NCBI GenBank assembly: GCA_035308065.1
Contig: DATGHI010000100.1
Location: forward strand, 1-30,111
Reading direction: 5' to 3'
DNA length: 30,111 nt
DNA from: Gammaproteobacteria bacterium
GTDB taxonomy: Bacteria; Pseudomonadota; Gammaproteobacteria; Natronospirales; REEB76
Positions 16,241-22,943 of this stretch are shown here, piece after piece. Made by a program: the position numbers and the translations under genes. The stretch's first letter is position 1. Each line of letters starts with the position of its first letter. Below the pieces are notes generated by a model that was given only the letters and a program-made list of their open reading frames with translations, ran no database searches and was not told the origin of the DNA.

Positions 16241-16929
16241 TTCGCCGGCTCCAGCCGGCCCGCGTGCAGTGGCAGGATGCGGTCGCAGCGCTTCGCGAGG
16301 TCGGTGTCGTGGGTCACCAGCACCAGGGTGGTGTGGCGCTCGGCGTTGAGCTTGAACAGTAGGTCGACGATCACCTGGCCGGTGGCCGCGTCCAGGTTGC
16401 CGGTGGGCTCGTCCGCGAACAACAAAGCGGGGCGCGTCGCATAAGCGCGGGCGATGGCGACCCGCTGCTGCTCGCCGCCGGAGAGCTTCTGCGGATAGTA
16501 CTGGGCGCGTTTCGCGAGGCCCACCGCCTCCAGCACCTCGAACGCGGCGCGCTCGGCGTCGTCGTCGTCGCCGAGTTCCAGCGGCAGCATCACGTTCTCC
16601 AGGGCGGTGAGCCCCGGGAGCAGATGGAAGGACTGGAACACGAAGCCGATCTCGCGGGCGCGGCGCAGGGCGCGCGCGTCCTCGTCGAGGGCGCTGAACT
16701 CCTCGCCGTCCAGCCACACCGCGCCGCGGCTCGGCACGTCGAGTCCCGCGAGCAGGCCGAGCAGGGTGGACTTGCCCGAGCCCGAGGGGCCGACGATGGC
16801 CACGGATTCGCCGCGGCGGATGGCGAGCGACACATCGTCGAGGATGGTCAGGACGCCGTCCGGGCTGTTAACCTGCTTGCTCAAGTGCTCCGCACGGAGC
16901 AGCGCATCGCCGGGAGAGACCTTGGGCAT
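16237..16929 (-). CDS. ybbA: ABC transporter ATP-binding protein (YbbA/LolD-like)
   Basis: Walker A GPSGSGKST, signature LSGGEQQR, Walker B LFADEPTGNLD, VTHD. Confidence 0.93.
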   Translation of the reverse strand: MPKVSPGDALLRAEHLSKQVNSPDGVLTILDDVSLAIRRGESVAIVGPSGSGKSTLLGLLAGLDVPSRGAVWLDGEEFSALDEDARALRRAREIGFVFQSFHLLPGLTALENVMLPLELGDDDDAERAAFEVLEAVGLAKRAQYYPQKLSGGEQQRVAIARAYATRPALLFADEPTGNLDAATGQVIVDLLFKLNAERHTTLVLVTHDTDLAKRCDRILPLHAGRLEPAK

Positions 16930-17545
16930 GATGAGACGCATCCTTCTGTTTGCGTTGTTGTTGGCGTTTCCGGCGTTGGCTGCCGCGGCGCCCACCCGCA
17001 CCGTGCTGGTGATGGGCGACAGTCTCAGTGCCGCCTACGGGCTCGAAGTCTCGCAGGGCTGGGTGACCCTGTTGCAGGCGCGGCTCAAGGCGCAGGGCCA
17101 TAACTATACCGTGGTCAACGGCAGCGTCAGCGGCGAGACCGCCGAGGGCGGCCTGACCCGGTTGCCCCAGGAACTGCAGAACGCGAGGCCCGCCGTCGTG
17201 ATCCTGGAACTCGGCGCCAACGACGGTCTGCGGGGCCTGCCCTTGAACACCCTGGAGGATAACCTGGGGCGGATGATCGTACTTTCAAGCAAGGCAGGGG
17301 CGAAAGTCCTGCTGGTGGGCATCCTGCTCCCGCCGAACTACGGTCCGGACTACACCCGGGGCTTCACCCGGATCTACGTATCCCTGGCGAAGCGATATAA
17401 GCTGCCGCTGGTGCCGTTCCTGCTGGCAGGCGTGGCCGAGCACCGGGAACTCATGCAGGCGGACGGGCTGCATCCCATCGCGGCAGCCGAGCCCAAGGTG
17501 CTGGACAACGTCTGGTCTCGACTCCTGCCGCTGTTGGACAAATGA
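16928..17545 (+). CDS. tesA: Periplasmic GDSL/SGNH arylesterase/thioesterase I
   Basis: Signal peptide; GDSLSAAYG, ELGANDGLRG, DGLHP. Divergent and overlapping with ybbA as in E. coli. Start at 16928 or 16931. Confidence 0.93.
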   Translation: MMRRILLFALLLAFPALAAAAPTRTVLVMGDSLSAAYGLEVSQGWVTLLQARLKAQGHNYTVVNGSVSGETAEGGLTRLPQELQNARPAVVILELGANDGLRGLPLNTLEDNLGRMIVLSSKAGAKVLLVGILLPPNYGPDYTRGFTRIYVSLAKRYKLPLVPFLLAGVAEHRELMQADGLHPIAAAEPKVLDNVWSRLLPLLDK

Positions 17546-17657
17546 GCGGCCCACTACCCAAGTCGCCGGTCCACGGCGGCATGGCTTTCATAAGGCTCGC
17601 GGGCAGTCCGTCGCTGTATGCGGCCTTGGGCTCCCTGCGCTACCGGGCCCCGGCCTG

Positions 17658-18596
17658 ATGCGACGCGCCCTCGCTCTCGGCGTCTACGCCGCCGGCATCC
17701 TGTTCTGCCTCACCCCCTGGTCCTCGCCGGGACTCGCGTTGGCGTTCGGGCTCGCGTTCGCCCTCAGCCTGGACAACCCTTATCGCGAGCGTGGCGGACG
17801 CTATGTGCGTTGGCTCTTGCAGGCCTCCGTGGTGCTGCTGGGTTTCGGCGTGGACCTGCCGGCGGTGTGGCGCATCGGCAGCCACGGCGCGCTGTTCGCG
17901 GCCGTGACCATCTTCGCCACCTTCACCCTCGGGTACTGGCTGGCGCGGCTCTTCGACATCGATCGCCGCACCTCGCTCTTGATCTCCGCGGGCACCGCCA
18001 TCTGCGGCGGTTCGGCCATAGCCGCCATCGGCACCGCGGTGGAGGCGGAGCCCTCGGAGATGTCCGTGGCCATGGGTACGGTGTTTCTGCTAAACGCGGT
18101 GGCGCTGTACCTGTTCCCGACCCTGGGGCATCTCTTGGGTCTGAGCCAGGGACAATTCGGCACTTGGGCCGGCATCGCCATCCATGACGTGTCCTCGGTG
18201 GCGGGCGCGGGTGCCGCCTATGGCGACGAGGCTTTGCGTACCGCGACGGTGGTGAAACTCTCCCGCGTCCTGTGGATCGTGCCGGTGACCTTCGCCGCGG
18301 CGGCGTTCTTCCCGCATCCCCAGGGGACGAAACGGCGCCTGCCGCTGCCCTGGTTCATCGCCGGGTTCCTGGCGGCGTCGGCCCTGGGCGGCAGCCTGCC
18401 GGCCGTCGCCCGCCATGCGCCCTTGCTCGCTCACCTCGCCAAGGCCGGGTTCGCCGTCACGCTCTTCTGTATCGGCGCGAGCCTGTCGCGGAGCGCACTC
18501 CGGCAGGTGGGCTACAAGCCGCTGCTCCAGGGCGTGCTTCTGTGGCTGTTCGTGAGCTCGGTGGCGTTACTCGCGGTCTTAGATTTGGGGCGGTAA
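17658..18596 (+). CDS. YeiH/UPF0324 family membrane protein (putative sulfate exporter family)
   Basis: LLQASVVLLGFG, LISAGTAICGGSAIAA, FGTWAGIAIHDVSSV, ATVVKLSRVLWIVP. Confidence 0.92.
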   Translation: MRRALALGVYAAGILFCLTPWSSPGLALAFGLAFALSLDNPYRERGGRYVRWLLQASVVLLGFGVDLPAVWRIGSHGALFAAVTIFATFTLGYWLARLFDIDRRTSLLISAGTAICGGSAIAAIGTAVEAEPSEMSVAMGTVFLLNAVALYLFPTLGHLLGLSQGQFGTWAGIAIHDVSSVAGAGAAYGDEALRTATVVKLSRVLWIVPVTFAAAAFFPHPQGTKRRLPLPWFIAGFLAASALGGSLPAVARHAPLLAHLAKAGFAVTLFCIGASLSRSALRQVGYKPLLQGVLLWLFVSSVALLAVLDLGR

Positions 18597-18597
18597 A

Positions 18598-18648
18598 ACA
18601 AACGAAGAAGCCCGTCACCGCGCAACGGTGACGGGCTTCTTCGTTTGT
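18598..18648. terminator. Bidirectional terminator / perfect 23-bp inverted repeat between convergent genes
   Basis: ACAAACGAAGAAGCCCGTCACCG - CGCAA - CGGTGACGGGCTTCTTCGTTTGT; T-rich tails on both strands. Confidence 0.85.
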
Positions 18649-18651
18649 GCG

Positions 18652-19239
18652 TCAAAATACGAAGTTGACGAAGAGACCGAGGCTGCTGCCGTCGTAGCTA
18701 CAGCGGTCGAGGCAGGGGCCCGAGGCCTTGTAGCGGATGTTGGTGTAGCGGAAGCCGAAGATGCGGTATTGGATCTCGAGGATGCCGCCTACCGCGTCGT
18801 GGAACGCCACGTTAGGTCCATGGTCGTTCTGGTCGAGCTTCGGGTTCGCGTGGTAGGTCAGTCCCAGTCCGAAGTGGTAGCGGCCCTGGTTGTAGAGCGC
18901 GACCAGGTCCAGCGGATAGCGGGTGAACGTGGCGTCGTAATACCCGGTGGAGAAACCGGTGTAGATCCCCGCCGTGCCTTTGAAGCTCCAGTCCGTGTCC
19001 TGCAGGTTGTGCAGTATCCCCACGTCAACGAACAGTCCCTTGCCGGCGTAGACCGTGCTGTGGCCGCCGATAATGTAGTTCTCGGTCACGAGCTTGTCGC
19101 CGCCGAACAGCACGCCTGTGTCCAGCGTCGGGTGGGTGGTGCCGGGCTTGAAGTCGCCGTCGTCCGCCTGTGCGAATAGCGGTAGTGCCAGGCAGGATGC
19201 GCCCATGACCGCCATCAGGCTTCGCAACAGGGTTCTCAT
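18652..19239 (-). CDS. Small outer-membrane beta-barrel protein (about 8 strands)
   Basis: Signal peptide MRTLLRSL...LFAQA; alternating aromatic/Gly strands; C-terminal SLGLFVNFVF beta-signal ending in Phe. ATG overlaps the NUDIX stop (ATGA). Confidence 0.78.
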   Translation of the reverse strand: MRTLLRSLMAVMGASCLALPLFAQADDGDFKPGTTHPTLDTGVLFGGDKLVTENYIIGGHSTVYAGKGLFVDVGILHNLQDTDWSFKGTAGIYTGFSTGYYDATFTRYPLDLVALYNQGRYHFGLGLTYHANPKLDQNDHGPNVAFHDAVGGILEIQYRIFGFRYTNIRYKASGPCLDRCSYDGSSLGLFVNFVF

Positions 19240-19661
19240 GCCGGGTTGATGCATGCGTGCGCCCAATCGAGTATCTGCCGTACCCGCGGCGTGATCAGCG
19301 TCACCGCCTGGTCCCGATCCACCCAACGATATTCCATGTGTTCGTGGATGCCTGTCTCGGGATTGGCGGTGAGCGCCACGTCCTCCCGGTCGGTGCGCGC
19401 GAGGTAATAGCGGGCCACCTTGCCGCGGGCATAGGGCGGGGTCTCGCGGTAGACCTCGCCCCAGACGAAATCCAGGCTGTCGATGCCCGTCTCCTCGGCC
19501 ACCTCGCGGCGAGCAGCCTCGAGCGGCGTCTCGTCCGCCTCCACCATCCCCTTGGGGAAGTCCCAATGGCGATAGGCGCGCAGCAGCAGATAGCGCGGGC
19601 CCGACGCTGTGTCGCGCACGACCACGACGCCCGCGGACAGGCGTCTCTGTGGGGTATCCAT
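19236..19661 (-). CDS. NUDIX hydrolase, asymmetric Ap4A hydrolase-like
   Basis: Complete Nudix box GMVEADETPLEAARREVAEETGI; LSAGVVV, WDFPKG, EHMEYRW. Confidence 0.9.
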   Translation of the reverse strand: MDTPQRRLSAGVVVVRDTASGPRYLLLRAYRHWDFPKGMVEADETPLEAARREVAEETGIDSLDFVWGEVYRETPPYARGKVARYYLARTDREDVALTANPETGIHEHMEYRWVDRDQAVTLITPRVRQILDWAHACINPA

Positions 19662-19668
19662 GGGGCCG

Positions 19669-19674
19669 AGTATA
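19669..19674 (-). promoter_or_regulatory. -10 box TATACT 7 nt before NUDIX ATG (probable leaderless)
   Basis: Minus strand reads TATACT-CGGCCCC-ATG; no SD. Confidence 0.55.
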
Positions 19675-19719
19675 CCGAGGCCCCGGCACGCTGCCGGGGC
19701 CTCGTGACATAAGGCGGGA

Positions 19720-20541
19720 TCAGGCGGCGAGCTGCTTGCGGTACTGCTGCAGGTCGCGCACCGATTCGAGTTTCACCTTCAGGATCAGGGACAGGCTGTT
19801 CAGGATGCGGTCGATGACCCGCTGTTGCCATTTCTTGTCGAAGCGGATCTGTTCGTTCAGCCAGTGCTCTATCCAGCCCGGCTCCGGCACCCGATCCTGC
19901 ACCCGGTCCTTGGGGTAGAGCTGCTTGTTCACATGCAGGTTGGTCGGATGCAGCGCATTCCCGGTGCGGATGCTCGCCATGAGCACACCCATGCGCGCGA
20001 ACGCCATGCGTGCCGTGTCGCCCTGCTGCTCGATGGCGCGCTCCATGAAGCGCCGGTAGCAGCCGCCATGGCGGGCCTCGTCCTTCGAGATGAGATCGTA
20101 GATGTATTTGATCACGGGCTCGGTGTGCCACTCGGAAGCGCATTGATACCAATGGGTCAGGCGGATCTCCCCGCAAAAATGCATCATCAGCGTCTCGAGC
20201 GGCGGCGCGGGGTCGAACTCGAAGCGCACCGCATGCAGCTCCTCTTCGGTCGGCAGCAGGTCCGGCCGGAAGCGCCGCAGGTACTCCTGCAATACCAGCG
20301 AATGCTTCTGTTCCTCATAGAACCAGATGGACATGAACGCGGAGAAATCCGAGTCCTCGCGGTTGTCGCGCAGGAACATCTCGGTGGCGGGCAGCGCCGA
20401 CCACTCGGTGATGGCGTTCATCTTGATGGTCTGGGCCTGCTCGTCCGAGAGCTGTGCGGGATCGAAGCGCCCCCAGGGGACGTCGGTCTCCATGTTCCAG
20501 CGGAGCTTCTCCAGCGATTTGAAGAGTTCGGGATAGAGCAT
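19720..20541 (-). CDS. Ferritin-like diiron protein (acyl-ACP desaturase / diiron oxygenase-like)
   Basis: Starts MLYPELFKSLE; ligand pattern ITEWSA ... YEEQKH ... CGEIRL ... KDEARH (two ExxH). Confidence 0.82.
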   Translation of the reverse strand: MLYPELFKSLEKLRWNMETDVPWGRFDPAQLSDEQAQTIKMNAITEWSALPATEMFLRDNREDSDFSAFMSIWFYEEQKHSLVLQEYLRRFRPDLLPTEEELHAVRFEFDPAPPLETLMMHFCGEIRLTHWYQCASEWHTEPVIKYIYDLISKDEARHGGCYRRFMERAIEQQGDTARMAFARMGVLMASIRTGNALHPTNLHVNKQLYPKDRVQDRVPEPGWIEHWLNEQIRFDKKWQQRVIDRILNSLSLILKVKLESVRDLQQYRKQLAA

Positions 20542-20716
20542 GTCAGATCTCGTTGCGGGGCGTGGGCGCTGCCGGTTATACGCGGACGGGAGCGAAGGGG
20601 ATGCGGCCTGGCCCCATTCTAGGGATTTCGGCGTATCAGTACTGTGACAGATAGGGGCTAGGCATAAACCCCTTTTCATACAGTTACTTACACCGAGACC
20701 ATGAGGGGCGGTCCGC

Positions 20717-20764
20717 ATGAAGATTGCCGTGATCGGGATCGGTATTCCCGGTCTCGCCGCGGTC
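20717..20764 (+). pseudogene. 16-codon remnant of an FAD/NAD(P)-binding Rossmann oxidoreductase N-terminus
   Basis: GAGGGG RBS + MKIAVIGIGIPGLAAV (beta1 + GxGxxG). Resemblance stops after about 16 codons; the frame then runs out-of-frame through the GATase gene. Confidence 0.6.
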
Positions 20765-20773
20765 GACGATTCG

Positions 20774-20779
20774 TACAAT
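20774..20779 (+). promoter_or_regulatory. -10 box TACAAT 7 nt before GATase ATG (probable leaderless)
   Basis: TACAAT-GGTGGGC-ATG(20787); the track ATG at 20778 lies inside the hexamer. Confidence 0.55.
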
Positions 20780-20786
20780 GGTGGGC

Positions 20787-21479
20787 ATGAAGACCTTGCT
20801 CGCCCTCCGCCATGTCTCCTTCGAGGACCTCGGTTCCTTCGCGCCGCTCTTGAGCCAGGCGGGCTACGGCATCCGCTACGCGGAAGCATCCACGGCGGAT
20901 TTCGCCGTCCTCGCCAAGGAGCCCTGGGATCTGGTGGTGGTGCTGGGCGGCCCCATCGGCCTGAACGACGGCGCCGATTATCCTTTCATTCCCCCGGAAC
21001 TGAAGTTCGTGGAGGCGCGTCTGCAAAGCGGCGCGCCGTTGCTCGGTATTTGTCTCGGCAGCCAGTTCGTCGCCAAAGCCCTGGGCGCAAAGGTCTGCCG
21101 CGCGCAGGGTCTCGAGATTGGCTGGAAATCGTTCAAGCTCAATGAGGCAGGCCTGAGTTCGCCGCTGAAGCATCTGAAGAGTCCGGTGTTCCATTGGCAC
21201 GGGGAGGTTTTCGATCTCCCAGCGGGCGCTCTGTCCCTGGCTTCCACCGACGTCACGCCGCACCAGGGCTTCGCCTGGGGCAAGGCGACGCTGGCACTGC
21301 AGTTCCACCCGGAAGTAAACGCCCGAGGCCTGGAGCAGTGGTGGGTGGCGTATGCGGGCGAGCTTCGGGAGCTCAAGCTCGAACCCGGCGAGATGCGCCG
21401 CGCCGCCGCGGCTCATGCCGCTGCCATGGAGGCGGAGGCCGCCTTGATGTTGAAGGAGTGGCTCGGTTCTCTTGCTTAA
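20787..21479 (+). CDS. Class I glutamine amidotransferase-like protein
   Basis: RHVSFEDLG, VVLGGPIG, nucleophile LGICLGSQ, FHWHGE, QFHPE. Confidence 0.92.
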   Translation: MKTLLALRHVSFEDLGSFAPLLSQAGYGIRYAEASTADFAVLAKEPWDLVVVLGGPIGLNDGADYPFIPPELKFVEARLQSGAPLLGICLGSQFVAKALGAKVCRAQGLEIGWKSFKLNEAGLSSPLKHLKSPVFHWHGEVFDLPAGALSLASTDVTPHQGFAWGKATLALQFHPEVNARGLEQWWVAYAGELRELKLEPGEMRRAAAAHAAAMEAEAALMLKEWLGSLA

Positions 21480-21946
21480 GGCCGGATCACGATCTTCGGC
21501 TCGATGCGTACGTCGCTCTTGATGCTGTTGGCGATGAAGCAGTGCTCGTGGCCGGTCTCCACGGCTTTCAGCACTGCCGATTCGTCCGCCGCGCCTTTCA
21601 CCACGATGTGGGGCCTCAAGACGATCCGCGTGATGCGCACGGGCTTGTCGTCCTCGGGCATGAAGCCCTCCGCCTGGTCCTCGTATTCCACCACGTCGAT
21701 ACGTTTACGGGCTGCCACCGCGAGGAAGGACAAGAACTGGCAAGAGGAAGCGGCCATCACCAGTAGCTGCTCCGGGTTGAGGAGAGCAGGGTCGCCGCGG
21801 AAGGCCGGGTCGGAACTGAGCGTGAGAGCCGCCTTAGCCGGCGGTGCAGCCATGTCGTGGGCACGGCTGTAGACCTCGTAACCCTGGGCGGTGCTGCCGT
21901 TCCAGCGGCAGGTGACGGTGTAGTGATGTTCCTTGTGTTCAGCCAC
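21476..21946 (-). CDS. OsmC family protein
   Basis: SSDPAFRGDPALLNPEQLLVMAASSCQ, HEHCFIANS (two Cys). AAGGAG lies 9 nt before GTG 21946. Confidence 0.92.
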   Translation of the reverse strand: MAEHKEHHYTVTCRWNGSTAQGYEVYSRAHDMAAPPAKAALTLSSDPAFRGDPALLNPEQLLVMAASSCQFLSFLAVAARKRIDVVEYEDQAEGFMPEDDKPVRITRIVLRPHIVVKGAADESAVLKAVETGHEHCFIANSIKSDVRIEPKIVIRP

Positions 21947-21974
21947 GATGTGGATCTCCTTAATAAAATCAGAC

Positions 21975-22111
21975 CTCAAAAGCGTAGCGAGCGTAGGCGC
22001 ATCGCATGCGATGCGCGGGCGGGCAGGATAGCCCGCCCCGCATTTCGCGGAGCAGGAAAGCGAAGCGAAATGGGGCGAGATGACGTCATGCCGAGCGCAG
22101 TGGCTTTTGAG
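21975..22111 (-). mobile_element. MITE-like intergenic element A (137 bp, 9-bp terminal inverted repeat CTCAAAAGC)
   Basis: TIRs at 21975-21983 and 22103-22111; ends match element B (AAAAGCnnCTGCGCTCGGCATG; CGCTCGCnACGCTTTT); interior is three hairpins; no coding capacity. Confidence 0.65.
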
Positions 22112-22112
22112 T

Positions 22113-22871
22113 TCATCGACCGGTCGTGCGGCGTATCAGCGGGAAATAGAGGAAGTAAGGCAGCGCGCGCAGGAACTTCAGGATCAGCACGAAGCGCGTG
22201 GGAAAGGCGATCTCGAACTTGCCATTCTCGATGCCGCGCTCCAGCGCCGCGGCCGCCTCGTCCACGTCCATGAGGAAGGGCATGGGAAATTTATTACCTT
22301 CCGTGAGCGGCGTGTCCACGAAGCCGGGGTTGCACACGGAGATCTTCAAACCCGCGCGTTCGAACAGGGGCTTGCAGGACTCTGCCAGGTTGATGAGCGC
22401 GGCCTTGGTGGGGCCGTAGGCGGAGGCCAGTGGCAGCCCGCGGTAACCCGCGACGCTCGCCACCAGCACCATGTGGCCCGACTTGCGCGTGCGCATGGGC
22501 GGCAGCAGCGCGTCCATGGCGTTCACCACGCCCATGTAGTTCACCCGCATGTGGGCATCGAAGATGCCCGCCTGGAAGTTGTCGAGCTTGACAGCCTGGT
22601 ACATGCCGGCGTTGAGCACCGCGAGCGCGATGGGCCCGTGGGCGGCCTCGATGCCTGCCACGGCCCGGCGCACGGCCTCGAGCTCGGTGACATCCAGGGG
22701 CCAGGCGTGGATGCGGCCCGGGACCTGGGCCGCGGTCTCGGTCAGGGGCTCCGCGCGCCGCCCGGACACCACCACGGTCCAGCCGTGGGCCGCGAGTCTC
22801 TGCGCCAGCGCCCGGCCGATGCCTGTGCCGCCGCCGGTGATCCAGGCGAGCCGTTCCCCTCGAGTCTTCAT
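22113..22871 (-). CDS. Short-chain dehydrogenase/reductase (SDR)
   Basis: WITGGGTGIG, VLNAG, VASVAG, YGPTK (YxxxK), NPGFVDTPLT. Confidence 0.93.
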   Translation of the reverse strand: MKTRGERLAWITGGGTGIGRALAQRLAAHGWTVVVSGRRAEPLTETAAQVPGRIHAWPLDVTELEAVRRAVAGIEAAHGPIALAVLNAGMYQAVKLDNFQAGIFDAHMRVNYMGVVNAMDALLPPMRTRKSGHMVLVASVAGYRGLPLASAYGPTKAALINLAESCKPLFERAGLKISVCNPGFVDTPLTEGNKFPMPFLMDVDEAAAALERGIENGKFEIAFPTRFVLILKFLRALPYFLYFPLIRRTTGR

Positions 22872-22878
22872 GGTACCC

Positions 22879-22884
22879 ATTGTA
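22879..22884 (-). promoter_or_regulatory. -10 box TACAAT 7 nt before SDR ATG (probable leaderless)
   Basis: Minus strand reads TACAAT-GGGTACC-ATG. Confidence 0.55.
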
Positions 22885-22907
22885 AGCCACGGCCTCATAC
22901 GCTGCGG

Positions 22908-22913
22908 TATCAT
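22908..22913 (+). promoter_or_regulatory. Candidate -10 box TATCAT for fadD
   Basis: 30 nt upstream of GTG 22944, back-to-back with the SDR promoter. Confidence 0.45.
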
Positions 22914-22943
22914 CAACAGCCTCACGCGTCTTTGGGGAAGCAC

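Noticed and set aside
13751-16717. 988-aa permease with long N-terminal extension
   Set aside because: The extension is an alternate frame over ybbA. The YbbP-like start at 16240 overlaps the ybbA stop.
17578-17595. ATGGCTTTCAT dyad as a LysR box for yeiH
   Set aside because: Does not fit T-N11-A spacing and no LysR gene is adjacent.
18652-19710. 352-aa ORF implying a NUDIX-OMP fusion
   Set aside because: NUDIX is in a different frame; the first 157 codons are Arg/Gly/Pro-rich alternate-frame sequence. The signal peptide begins at 19239.
19720-20889. 389-aa version of the diiron protein
   Set aside because: The 116-codon extension crosses the intergenic region and the GATase antisense. The family-like start is MLYPELF at 20541.
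20717-21145. 142-aa full-length Rossmann protein, or programmed frameshift into the GATase
   Set aside because: Only the first 16 codons look like protein; there is no slippery sequence; the GATase has its own -10 and complete N-terminus.
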